A stretch of DNA of 64,000 nucleotides. It comes from Octopus bimaculoides. Lineage: Eukaryota. Made by a program: the position numbers and the translations under genes. The notes beneath the pieces are model-generated. The model did not search any database, was not told the origin of the DNA, and saw only the letters and a list, made by a program, of their open reading frames with translations. Each line of letters starts with the position of its first letter. Positions within the stretch are counted from its first letter, which is position 1. The DNA is taken from assembly GCF_001194135.2 (NCBI RefSeq), contig NC_068984.1:133709709-133773708 (forward strand), read 5' to 3'. This document shows positions 52,067-63,689 of the stretch, in pieces.

Positions 52067-55000
52067 CCTTGACTTAACATCACATTATTATTGTAAAATA
52101 ACTACTAATCATGTACCGAGGTCAATTTAATTAATCATACCACACTTTTTCACTAGGCTTATAATTGCAAATTGTATATGTGTGTTTTATTAAAAATTTG
52201 AGTCATAGAAAAATTTATGCTTTTTGTCATAAATGTACTGACAATGTTTATTCCCAGTGAATCTAATTGAAACCATATTACACTTTAAACATATACATTA
52301 CTATTTGAACATGGCTATTTCCTTTTGCCTTGTTAAAAGATATTTTAAACATAAACTACAGTATAATAGGATATCTTATTTTAGAGAAATCACATGTATG
52401 AGAAGGCAGTTATCTACCTGCTGAGGCATCTAGTATAGTGACAGCTCCATCTAGAACACGTAGTGCTCGTTCAACTTCAACAGTAAAGTCAACATGACCT
52501 GGAAAGAACATATAGCAATACATTTTTGAAAATATATTATATTATATATATCATCATCATTTAACATAAATGCTTTTTTTTATTATAACATATTACATCG
52601 AATAAGAAGTATTAACTAGTGATTTTTCAATCAGAGAAATTAGATACAAAATTTACTAACAGCTTCTATTTTAAATTTATAGAAGAAAAATCGACACCAT
52701 ACCAGGAGTATCAATTAAATTGATTTTGTGTTTCTTCCAGTAACAAGTGACAGCAGCTGAAGTGATGGTAATTCCCCTGTTGCGTTCTTGTTCCATGTAA
52801 TCAGTCACAGTTGTACCTTGGTCAACATTTCCTAAACATTAAAATGAAGCTGCCATTATTCCCATTGAAGAAAACCAGAATATATAAAAGAAGTTAAATA
52901 TCTTAGGGCCATACTCATGAGTAATCGGAGGCAGGAGGCTCAAGTGAATGCTAGAATTTTAGTAATGTGCTAGCTTTAGCATTTGATTCTCATGAGAGGA
53001 GAAGCTGGTAAAAAAGCCAAACTTGCTATCTTCAATTTGGTTCTTGTGTGTATCCTTACCTATGGTCATGAATGTTGTGTAATGACCATAAGAATATGAT
53101 TGTGAATACAAGTGGTCAAAATGGGGTTCCTCTGAAGGACCTCTGGAATTATGTTACTCGATACAGTGCATAGCTTGGAGATCAGGGAATCTCTCTAGGT
53201 CAAGCTGCTACTTATCCACATTGAGAGGCCACAACTAGTGCTATGGACATGTGGTAGCAGGATAGGATCACAAGACAGATTCTTTAAGCCAAGCTAACTG
53301 TTAGGAGACCTAGGGGTAAATCAAGAACGAGATGGTTGAATAATATCCATAGTCTCAGTTGGTCACACTCGGGAATCCAGCAGGTAAGTCTAATGACACT
53401 TGGTTCTGACTGGTCCCTCTGGAGGAAGTGGCTGAAGACCTTACTCTTACAACCCTCTAGGAATAGGGAAAATGAATGGGTGGATGGAAACCAGAATATT
53501 TATAATGTACTTGAAAATATAACTAATATAACAATGGACTAGCCTACCAATAACAGAAGTAAAATAAACAAAGCCGACACCTAGAGATTGTTTGAAGACA
53601 ATGCACAGAGAAAGTCCTAAATATGGTAGCGAGTTGCTTTACTTGACTCATTGTTACCTCCCCTAAGTCAATGTCGTGTACCAAGTATTTATGTGAAAAT
53701 AATGTAATGGATACATATTATGGATAGCCATCAAATAAATACAAATAAAAATCACGATAGATTGTGATAATTTGCTGCTAGTATTATATTTTATTTTGAA
53801 CTAAGCTAATGCATTGTATATTGCTGCGTCCTTTTCCCCCATCAGAACACATTAGCTTTATGCAAAGTTGATCCTCGAATCTAGCTGTCTGAAGTTCTCA
53901 ATAACAATATATCGAAGTTTTAACAATGCAGTACACTTATCTATTTCTTGGTTTCCTAAACGAATATATGCGTAAAATATGTGATTTACAATAATCAATT
54001 ATTTAATCAGGTATTGAAACTTATGGAAAATGCGATTGACGTTCATGCTTTTCTCAAGGACATTATCTATGTAAGGGAAGTGAATTTACTACAACTAAGA
54101 ATAAAAACTTCATGTCATGGGGAACCTCCTGGACTATAAGAAAGGCGTGTTTGAACGGCACATCTATCCAGAGTATCCAGAAAGTCAAAGAAGAAATCCG
54201 TGAATATCTTATCCCCCCCCCCCTTACTAAAAGAAAAACGACACAGTCACCTTGAATTTTGAGAGGAGCTCCCATCTCTGGTTGCTGAAGGAGTCTTGTT
54301 CCTTATAACAAATTTTTTTTCTTAGAGGGCCTGAGAGCTTCTACGTTGTCCTTCCTCTTTTCTACTCTAGGCACAAAGCCCGAAATTTTTGGGGAGGGGG
54401 CCAATAGACTAGATCGACCCCAGTACACAATTGGTACTTAATTTATCGACCCAGAAAGGATGAAAAGCAAAGTCGACCTCGGCGGAATTTGAACTCAGAA
54501 CGTAACGGCAGACGAAATACCGCTAAGCATTTCGCCTGGCGTGCTAACGTTTCTGCCAGCTCGCTGCCTTTGTTGTCTTTCCTCTTGTTAGAACTAGCAG
54601 TCACATTTACCTTAAATCTCACCTTTTAGTCTTTAAAAATATGAATGAATGAAGCACACATTGTATATTAGTTTTTAATGAAAAAAAAAAAAGTTTATAA
54701 ATCAAAACCTCTTATGGGTCACAACTGGAATTTTTAATAGCTTAGTCAAAGGAACAGTAACACCCGTCCATAAAGCTTTTCAGAACTTCCATGACTGGTA
54801 GAAGGAAAGGAAGAAGTCATTCTTAGACCGGAGTTTTGGTTTGAATTCTTCGCAAAGGCACCAAAGAGTTAAGAATGCCTTTAGTTATAGGTGTGTCGAT
54901 TAGTGCTGACAATCAATGTGCTGTATAATCAAACCTTTATATCAGAATTGTCAGACTGATCAACGTGTTTTCTTTAGCTCTAATAGCTGCGCTAGCATTG

Positions 55001-55373
55001 ACGATATTTAGCATAAATACAGAACAATCTCTACGAATGGTTTCTTCAGGATCGATCAATGACAAATTCACTAGAATGAAATAAGAAATAAATCTTATGG
55101 AATTAAGATAAACATACCTAAATATCGGGTAAAACCAGTATAATAGAGAATTCTTTCGGTGGTTGTTGTTTTTCCGGCATCGATGTGAGCCAGAATTCCA
55201 ATATTTCGTACACTTTCTATTTCGGTGTCCTTCGAAGTTTTGAAGGAAGCATGTTTACATGCATTTGTATTGAAATATTTTCGGAAGGTTAGATCTCTAG
55301 TACGATGCAGTTGTATTGTCTTAAGAAGCATTTTTGGCCACCGTATCATTCTCCTGCCAATAACTAATGACAT
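46429..55373 (-). CDS. GFM2: Mitochondrial elongation factor G2 / ribosome-releasing factor 2, about 775 aa, 8 coding exons
   Basis: Exons 55373-55118, 52831-52703, 52498-52418, 51815-51016, 50458-50034, 48971-48772, 48011-47845, 46698-46429 (2328 nt). Basic N-terminal presequence-like segment, G1 [65 protein letters not shown]. The [13 protein letters not shown] and C-terminal LRTLTSG forms fit EF-G2mt rather than EF-G1mt. The start could be M1 (55373) or M9. Confidence 0.95.
46990..47330 (+). mobile_element. Decayed RLE-type (Hero/NeSL-like) non-LTR retrotransposon 3' fragment
   Basis: [34 protein letters not shown] and [14 protein letters not shown] across frameshifts. These resemble the KY.DL...PVEVG.RG restriction-like endonuclease region. 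Confidence 0.5.
48177..48335. mobile_element. mariner/Tc1-type MITE (159 bp)
   Basis: TA|TGAGGGGGTGCTGAAA ... TTTCAGCACCCCCTCG|TA, with 15/16 TIR match and TA on both sides. Located in GFM2 intron 6. Confidence 0.75.
52022..52064 (+). repeat. (TG)n microsatellite
   Basis: Uninterrupted TG run in a GFM2 intron. Confidence 0.9.
52900..53485 (+). mobile_element. Decayed RTE-clade LINE 3' fragment in GFM2 intron 1
   Basis: [20 protein letters not shown]...KMGFL...[16 protein letters not shown]...SLWRKWL with several stop codons. Confidence 0.75.
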
Positions 55374-55442
55374 TATGCAGGTTAGAAAGTGATCTTACTT
55401 ACAATTTTACTAATTAAATATCAACATGTGAATTAATTGGGC

Positions 55443-55453
55443 GCAGCCATTTT
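55443..55453 (-). promoter_or_regulatory. YY1-like motif at the probable GFM2 start region
   Basis: Minus strand AAAATGGCTGC, 70-80 nt upstream of the GFM2 ATG. Confidence 0.35.
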
Positions 55454-55519
55454 CAGATTCAAGGGAAACAACTCTACAAGACTATTTGGGGAGAGTAGAA
55501 TATAGAGGGTATTCTAGAC

Positions 55520-55816
55520 CAGTGCTTCTCAAACTATCTGGTGCGGCGTATCGGCAGTTTTTTTCCAATGTGAGAGGGACCATTAATATTTTTTAGTAAT
55601 ATTAATTTATACCGGAAATAATATATATAATGAATATAATAAAAGTTGACAATTTTTTTTTTATCTTATATCTATTTTGTAAACAAATAATACAATATTA
55701 CAAGCATTTTATAAGAATTTTATAATGTTTCTTTCTTTTCTGGAAACTCGCTGCGTACCGGCAGCTGATGGCTTGCGGACCGGCACCGGTTTGCAGACCA
55801 CCACTTTGAGTAGCAG
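55520..55816. mobile_element. hAT-Charlie-type MITE (about 297 bp)
   Basis: Left TIR CAGTGCTTCTCAAA and degenerate right TIR TTTGAGTAGCA--G. Flanks TTCTAGAC (55512-55519) and TTCTAGAT (55817-55824) match the NTCTAGAN Charlie target preference. Confidence 0.75.
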
Positions 55817-55959
55817 TTCTAGATTGCAGAAATGAGATGGACTTAGAATTGCGGTTTACAACTTTTTACCATAATGATCCATTTTGTAAAACCAACGAAC
55901 CTCTGCGCAGCCCCTTTTGGAGGATATTAAAAAACCCCCATTTTCCAGGCAGTGATCTG

Positions 55960-56026
55960 AAGAAGAAGAAGAAGAAGAAGAAGAAGAAGAAGAAGAAGAA
56001 GAAGAACAACAACAACAACAACAACA

Positions 56027-56092
<66 letters not shown>

Positions 56093-56100
56093 TCATCATC
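55960..56100 (+). repeat. Compound trinucleotide microsatellite (AAG)15(AAC)8(GAC)11(AAC)10(ATC)3
   Basis: Counted directly from the sequence. Confidence 0.95.
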
Positions 56101-57011
56101 GAAAAATACCTTAGGAATGAGAACCCAGGTTTGAAATTTCCCCAAATAGAAAAATTTGCACAATATTTTATTACAAACATATTTATTAAGACTTAACTTT
56201 TATTAATGTTATATATTAAGTTTATTAATTGTCTATGCACGAATTACTGTCAAAACACGTATGTTGTTTTACCTGTATGCATTGCTCTTCATTTTCGAAA
56301 CCTATTCATAAACCTGTAGTCACATGATGCGTGTTCTTTGTAAGAGCATGTAAATGGGAATATTTCGAATTCTTGTGCTACTTACATTGGAAAGGTCAAC
56401 GCTTCATGTAGCACGAAGTGAATTATGGAAAACTGATGTATGTAATCAGGGCCAGCTGTAAGGCATCAGTAACTCGAACAGTTGCTCGGGGTGTTACAAG
56501 TTAGGGAGCACCTTGTCATGTGTTTGGGATCTTTGAAATAAAAAGGGAACATGAAAATACTACTTTGAATGAAAGATATTCTACTCCGAAAAATACCTTT
56601 TTACAAACGATCTGCTACAATAAGGGAGGCAACTTATATTATAATGATAACGTAAAGGATATGAGAAAATTGTGAATGGTTTGTGTAGTTTATGCCTGTG
56701 TCTGTTAATCTTGTCATAAAATGAAAATCGTGACGACGAGTATGATGGTAAAGTTAGGTAGCGATGTGTAAGGTTAAAGAAGACGAGCATGTATAATTTC
56801 AAAATGGACTTGTTTAATATAACAGAATTGACAAAAGCTCAATATTAATCATTCTGACATTTAAGAATTATAAAATTCAGGAGAGAACCGTCCTTGGCAT
56901 TAGTCGATGGGTGGGTGGGTGTCATATTTGATCACTAACGCTATGCTTTGTCCGTAGTCAATATATCTTTCAGTGAATCAATTTAGGTGTAAATACGTAT
57001 CATAGGAGGTA

Positions 57012-57369
57012 GTTGTTGGCACTCCGTCGCTTACGACGTCGAGGGTTCCAGTTGATCCGATCAACGGAACAGTCTGCTCGTGAAGTTAACGTGCAAGTGG
57101 CTGAGCACTCCACAGACACGTGTACCCTTAACGTAGTTCTCAGGAATATTCAGCATGACAAGGCTGACCCTTTGAATTACAGGCACAACAGAAACAGGAA
57201 GTAAAAGTGAGAGAAAGTTGTGGTGAAAGAGTACAGCAGGGTTCGCCACCATCCCCTGCCGGAGCCTCGTGGAGCTTTAGGTGTTTTCGCTCAATAAACA
57301 CTCACAACGCCCGGTCTGGGAATCGAAACCGCGAGTCCGCTGCCCTAACCACTGGGCCATTGCACCTCC
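57012..57369 (-). mobile_element. Same SINE family, near full length
   Basis: Reverse-complement copy with TSD CATAGGAG at 57001-57008 and 57372-57379. Confidence 0.85.
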
Positions 57370-57526
57370 ACCATAGGAGATAGATCACTGCTTTAAATAG
57401 CAGAATCACTGCAAAAATTAATGAATTATGAGAGTTACCAAAGCGTAGAATTACCTTTTCAAGTATCAAGTAATTTACTAATATACAGATATATGTTTGT
57501 GATATTTTAGTAACTTTATATATATG

Positions 57527-57790
57527 TGGAGGCACATGCCCAAGTGGTAGGAGCAGTAGACGCGTGGTCGAGGGATCGCGGGTTCGAATCTCAGACCGGG
57601 CGATGTGTGTGTTTATGAACGAAACACCTAAGCTCCACGCGACTCCAGCAGAAGGTAACGGCGTACTTCCGCTGACTCTTTCGCCACAACATTTTCCCAC
57701 TCTTTCCTTCTGAATTTAGGTGTGGAACCTATACGCCAATGAAACCGGGAAACCGGACCTTATGAGCCAGGCATGTCTCGAGAAGGAACA
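57527..57790 (+). mobile_element. Divergent subfamily of the same tRNA-derived SINE
   Basis: Related head (GGAGGCACATGCCCAAGTGG...GGTTCGAATC) and body, with a different 3' part. Confidence 0.55.
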
Positions 57791-58716
57791 AACAATATAT
57801 ATATATATTGTCGTCTAAGAATTCATAAAGCAGAAAAGATACGCGCTCACATTTGTCAGTAGAATGGATATATTAATCAAAATGTACAGAATTACAGACC
57901 CTTGCCTCAGTTTTGCACTGCGTATTAGATAACCGGATACTAGATAACATCACCGTTATGTAACACCGGCTGCTCTTCAGAGACGAAAGTGTTAGGGTCT
58001 GGCGTGTAACTAATCCTCTCCTTAAAACTGCTGGCAGTCAAAGCCACGTTGTAGTACGGGGTTTACCAAAAAGTAAAATAGTATTCAAAATAATGAGTTT
58101 AGCGATCCTCTATAAGAATTCTCCTACATGTGTAGATTAAGTTGTGATATTGGATAAATATCACGAAAGGCGAAGTCGACTCCAGCGGAATTTGAATTCA
58201 GAACGTAACGACGGACTAAATCCCGCTAAACTCGCCACCTTACTAATGATATAAATAATAATAATAATAATAGTAATATTCATGTTAACGATGAGCTTAC
58301 AGATAATAACGATAGTAGTGTAGATACGACTTGTACTATGCCTCTGGTGTTATAAGAAATCGGTCACATTCCATAAGAGACTAATTCACATATCATCTTC
58401 AGATTACGAGCTTACTTTGAATAGGCTGAAACAACTCAATCGAATACGAGACAGTTTTTCATAAAAAAACTTCTCTTAAATACCAATGTAGATTAAGGAA
58501 CGCTATAAGCGCGATTTTCTTATTCACAACAATAGAGAATGTGGAGGTTAAATTGATAATGCAAAAGACAGAAGAACAGAAGTCATAAATATAGATAAAC
58601 GGAAAATAATTAATGTATGGAGTTGATAGTCTAAGTAACGAACAAGCAGAATAATCCAGATGGCTGCTATTACTTCTTCTATATAAATTAACAAAAATAT
58701 ATATCGTCCGAGAAGT

Positions 58717-59100
58717 TGTTGTTGGCACTCCGTCGCTTACGACGTCGAGGGTTCAAGCTGATCCGATCAACAGAACAGCCTGCTCGTGAAAATAACGTGC
58801 AAGTGGCTGAGCACTCCACAAACACATGTACCTTTAACGTAGTTCTCGGGGATATTCAGCGTGACGTAGTGTGACAAGGCTGACCCTTTGAATTACAGGC
58901 AGAACAGAAACAGGAAGTAAGAGTGAGAGAAAGTTGTGGTGAAAGAGTACAGCAGGGTTCGCCACCATCCCCTGCTGGAGCCTCGTGGAGCTTTTAGGTG
59001 TTTTCGCTCAATAAACACTCCCAACGCCCGGTCTGGGAATCGAAACCCCGATCCTATGCCCGCGAGTCCGCTGCCCTGACCACTGGGCCATTGCGCCTCC
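58717..59100 (-). mobile_element. Same SINE family, full length
   Basis: 12-bp TSD CGTCCGAGAAGT at 58705-58716 and 59103-59114. Confidence 0.85.
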
Positions 59101-59600
59101 ACCGTCCGAGAAGTACAATATAAGCAATAGACATATTAACTGGTTTGAGGTGATATTGTGGACTAAACCATCTGCGATGGGGTGGTCTTAAGCGATGCTT
59201 GGGAGCCAACCCGTACTGGGTGGCGAGAAATTTGATCACCATCGTCATCATCAGCAACAACAACGACAGCGATAGCAGCAACAAAAATTATTTCTAGCTT
59301 ATGACTAAGGTTAGCAACTTTTGAGGGGAAGGGGTTAGTCGATAACATCGATTCCAGAACTTGACTGGTATTTTATTTCATCGACCCCGAAGGAATGAAA
59401 AGCAAAGTTAACGTCGGTGGAATTTGAACTCAGAACGTTAAAAAACCGGAAGAAACACTGTGAACGATTCTAATAATAATTCTTATCAAATTCTGGCACA
59501 AGGCCAGCAATTTTAGGGGGAAAGCCAGTCGATTATATCGATCTCAGTANNNNNNNNNNNNNNNNNNNNNNNNNNNNNNACTAGTACTATATTTCTTCGT

Positions 59601-59977
59601 GGAGGCGCAATGGCCCAGTGGTTAGGGCAGCGAACTCGCGGTCATAGGATCGCGGTTTCGATTCCCAGACCGGGCGTTGTGAGTGTTTATTGAGCGAAAA
59701 CACCTAAAGCTCCACGAGGCTCCGGCAGGGAATGGTGGCGAACCCTGCTGTACTCTTTCACCCCAACTTTCTCTCACTCTTACTTCCTGTTGTGCCTGTA
59801 TTTCAAAGGGCCAGCCTTGTCACACTGTGTCACGCTGAATATCCCCGAGAACTACGTTAAGGGTACACGTGTCTGTGGAGTGCTCAGCCACTTGCACGTT
59901 AATTTCACGAGCAGGCTGTTCCGTTGATCGGATCAACTGGAACCCTCGACGTCGTAAGCGACGGAGTGCCAACAACA
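59601..59977 (+). mobile_element. Same SINE family, full length, nested in another SINE
   Basis: 11-bp TSD ATATTTCTTCG at 59589-59599 and 59978-59988. It splits an older minus-strand SINE (about 59470-60105). Confidence 0.85.
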
Positions 59978-60583
59978 ATATTTCTTCGACCGAAAGGATG
60001 AAAGGCAATATTGAGCGCGGTAGAATTTGAACTCAAAACGTAAAGAGCGAAAGAAATGCCAGTAAGCAATTTGTCTGACGAGGTAACAAGTCTGCCAGCT
60101 CGCCAGTAATGAAAAACATACAATGTATAAAGGAAAGCGTCTGCTAAAAAAATGGAGACCATCAGCTGAATTTGTTTGTTGGATGGATATGTGAGTGCAG
60201 ATGTATATATGTATCTCTCCATTGTTTTCCTCTCGATCCTTTCTGTCGAAGAGCGTAGGCTCGAAACGGGACACCGTTTCGTCACAGGATAACTCATTTT
60301 TACCAAACACACACACATACACACACACACATGCACGCACATTTCGTGCGCATATAATTGTTTCTGCCATGTCATGGCGTAGAAAGTTACACGATAACGG
60401 TGTGAATTGAATAAAAGTACAATAGTTATCCTAATTTTTTCTTCCGATTAAAATGTGTGCCATGGAATGGGAGTTGCGATGGTCTTTAACAAGAGAAAGT
60501 AGAACGTAAACATTTCTTTCATTTGCTTAGTAATTGACAAAAATACTTGGAAATGACACAGCACATTCGTTAATGAATGTTAT

Positions 60584-60745
60584 TATTACTTCCGGCTTAG
60601 CGAAGGCGGAGGTATTGTTTTCAGTCCTGTTTGTTTGTTTGTCTGTGGTCAAGATATCTCAAGAACCACTGGATGGATACCGATGAAACTTTCATGGATG
60701 TTTGGCCTCGTGACTAGCACGAACTGACTGGATTTTGGGATCTGT
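60584..60745 (+). mobile_element. 5' part of a Helentron/HINE-like or similar non-autonomous element
   Basis: ATTACTTCCGGC-TTAGCGAA-GGCGGAGG short hairpin followed by (TTTG)n/TCTG. The motif AACTG(ACTG)GATTTTGGGATC recurs at about 60722 and 61008, suggesting nested insertions. Family assignment is from recall only. Confidence 0.4.
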
Positions 60746-60867
60746 TTTTTTTTATTATTACCCATGCAGGCTAACATAGAGGGGACAATACAATATGATT
60801 GGGGTCACATACAATCGAATGATATAATAAAATTTTCATGTATAATGAAATCGAATGAAATGCAACA

Positions 60868-60956
60868 CAATAAATTACAAGCAATAAATTGCAAACAATA
60901 AATCCCAAAGAATAAATCACAAACAATAAATCACAAACCACAAACAATAAATCACA
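60868..60956 (+). repeat. 14-nt minisatellite (CAATAAATCACAAA-like), about 6 degenerate units
   Basis: Tandem units read directly. Confidence 0.8.
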
Positions 60957-61040
60957 CGATGAGGTGTTCAAAACAGGTATGCTCCGACCCCACGAGCCCT
61001 GGGACTAACTGGATTTTGGGATCGATCTGGTACCGGATTG

Positions 61041-61562
61041 GGATTTTTTTAAAAACGGGGGCCACATTTTTCATTAATGTTTTACGTAGTGTTTTTGGTA
61101 CCGAAAGACTTTCAAACTTCGTATACTTATCTATTTTGTGTTATAGAACAGAAAAATATTTTTGTATTCGAATTTATTTCATGTAAAAAGTTGTCTTATT
61201 TCGATAATTTCAACCAATCACTGACAAGTATTCAGTTGTTTACATTTACTCCTTTGGCTGATTAAGCCATAGCTTCGTTTTATTTGCTTTTTTCATTTTC
61301 TTTTTTTTTCTTCGTTTTATTTGCTTTTTTCTTTTTAAATTTGCTGTTTTACCCTAACCCTAACCCTAACCNNNNNNNNNNCGTCAGTGATTGGTTGAAA
61401 TTACAGAAATACGACAACTTTAACATGGAATAACTTCTGGATTTCTTTTTTTTTAAAGAAGACTAAGAGAAAAAGATGTTTTATATGACACATTCTACCA
61501 GTGTTCCAAGTTTCAAAGTGTTTCGTTAATGAAAAATGTGGCCCCCGTTTTAAAAAAGATCC
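61041..61562. mobile_element. Foldback/palindromic non-autonomous DNA element with (CCCTAA)n core
   Basis: Terminal arms GGATTTTTTTAAAAACGGGGGCCACATTTTTCATTAA and TTAATGAAAAATGTGGCCCCCGTTTTAAAAAAGATCC. Inner arms at 61187-61225 and 61383-61421. Flanks CCGGATTG and CCGGATGG (7/8). Confidence 0.7.
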
Positions 61563-63689
61563 CCGGATGGTTTTTCCTGTGTTTTTTTTTACTTAACCTT
61601 TGAGAGTGGTTGGGTTGATTTTTAGTATTCTCGTCTGTGAGAGCAGTCGAGTTTATTTCAGATATTCTCATTTTAAAAATCATCTCTGGCTAATCGTTGA
61701 GGGGACGTAGCCGTTGTCGTTAGTGTTGTTTTTCGAATCATTTGATTCTGAGTTGTGTTAGAAGTGTGTTCGCTCCATGTGAGTTTTGTTGTATTGTATT
61801 GTTAATTTACTGAATTATTCAACTGTTATTAACTGGAATTGTTGAAATTGTTGTTAACTGGCTTTTATTTTTTCTTCCCCATTTATGGGTGAAGTTATGA
61901 ATAATACCGTCATAGAAAGTAGACCAGCGGCCAGTTACGCTGCGGTAACTAGAAAAGGTCTGTCAGTAGAGGTACTGCAGGTCCAAGAAGTCGAATTAAA
62001 GGGGAAGAATTTAAAAAATGTTCCTGTCGATCAGGCCAACAAAATAGCCTGCTCGTGAAATTAACGTGCAAGTGGCTGAGCACTCCACAGTACAAATACT
62101 GTTAACGTAGCTCTCAGGGAGATTCAGCGTGACACAGAATATGACAAGGCCGACCCTTTGAATTACAAATACTTTTCGTTTTTGCCAGTTGAGTGGATTG
62201 GAGCAACGCGAAATAAGGTGTCTTGCTCAAGGACACAACGCGTCGCTGGGAATAGAACCGACAACCTCACGACTGTGGGCCGAATTCCCTAACCACTAAG
62301 CCACGCATCCTCACATCTTTCACTGATATGATTTAGAAAAGCAACCAAGTTCTATTAAAGCGTTTCTGTTGAAAAATCACTACAATGTCTATGCAGATAT
62401 TCATCTAAAAGGGACCGCTTCATTTTATCCCGACATTCTTTACTTACCAAAGATTGTATCACAAAGACTCGCCTTCCTATTCAGGATCGGAAAATACTTA
62501 CTCACGGATAATTACCATCAACAGAAATCCGGTGAACCCCACAAAGGAGGCCTACTTTCACATCTGGGATAGTGTTGTTGTGCAACAGCTTCTGACATCG
62601 TAGTCCACATTCAAAGAAAAGCCACTTGAGTGATAAGCATGAAGTCGGTCGCTTACGCACTTCAACCACTGGCCCCACAGACGTACAATCTCTTCTCTCT
62701 ACCCCTTTTGTCATTATTCACTGCTTCTTCTCCTTGGAACTGGCTGGTCTCGTGCCACCACTAGTGAGGTATACCCGAATCGCTTATCTTTTCTTTTTTT
62801 ATTTGTTACCTATGTTGTTGTTATTCCAGGCTCCGTACAATTGGAAAGAAAGGAGAAACGACCGACAACACAGTTCTTTCTTCTCAGAAGGTTGGTCCTC
62901 GGAAAATTGTCTTTGTCCTTTCTTTTTTTCCAGCAGCCGTCCACTTACAACTATTCAAGATGAATATTAGCTCCATCACTTTCACTGGTCTTGGAAGACA
63001 TAGGAAAAGCTTAGGAACAGACCCTTCTTATCAATAAATAAACAATATAAAAAAAAATAATAAATAAAACGACAAAAGCAAGCCCTGACTGAAAGTTAAC
63101 TCAAAATTTATGTAGCATATCCTTGGGCACTTAACAGGATATACAACTGAGATGACAATAACAATGAATATAAATGTAATTCTAAAATGGTAAAACATCT
63201 GCTGTTAAGCTAATATTAAATAAAACAACAAAATATTGTTAAATATACGGGACAGATGAATTGTTGTAAACACGAAGATTACCAAAAATGAAACAGCAGA
63301 TTAATCATTTCTTAAAATTCGTTTTCATCTTTTTATCAGAAGATAAAAATATAGACAAAGAAAAACGGGTCTGAAATACCCACAGGGTATCTCTGTCGAC
63401 TCATTTACGTCAGCAAACTACATTTAACCGTTCACAACGACGCTTCATGGTATTTTTTTTCCATATGGAGGTGAGTGCATTTAATCTGAGTAAGCTGATG
63501 AAATTTAAAATATTTATTTTTGAAAGGAAATTAAGTTTAAACCGTAAAAATGACAATGAAAGATGTTCTGTACATGAGTGCAGACTCGATATACTTTATT
63601 CATGAATGAAAATGCCAAATCATAATGGAAATCGAAAGCAATAATTTCCTTCGAATTTCTGTTTATAACTCATTATTAAGAGGAAAAGT

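Noticed and set aside
55837-56196. ORFs with poly-K/N/D, poly-L/S/F or poly-V/L runs
   Set aside because: Produced by the compound microsatellite; no splice or homology support.
61352-61371. TTAGGG repeats as a chromosome end
   Set aside because: Only about 3 units, in the centre of a palindromic element with sequence on both sides.
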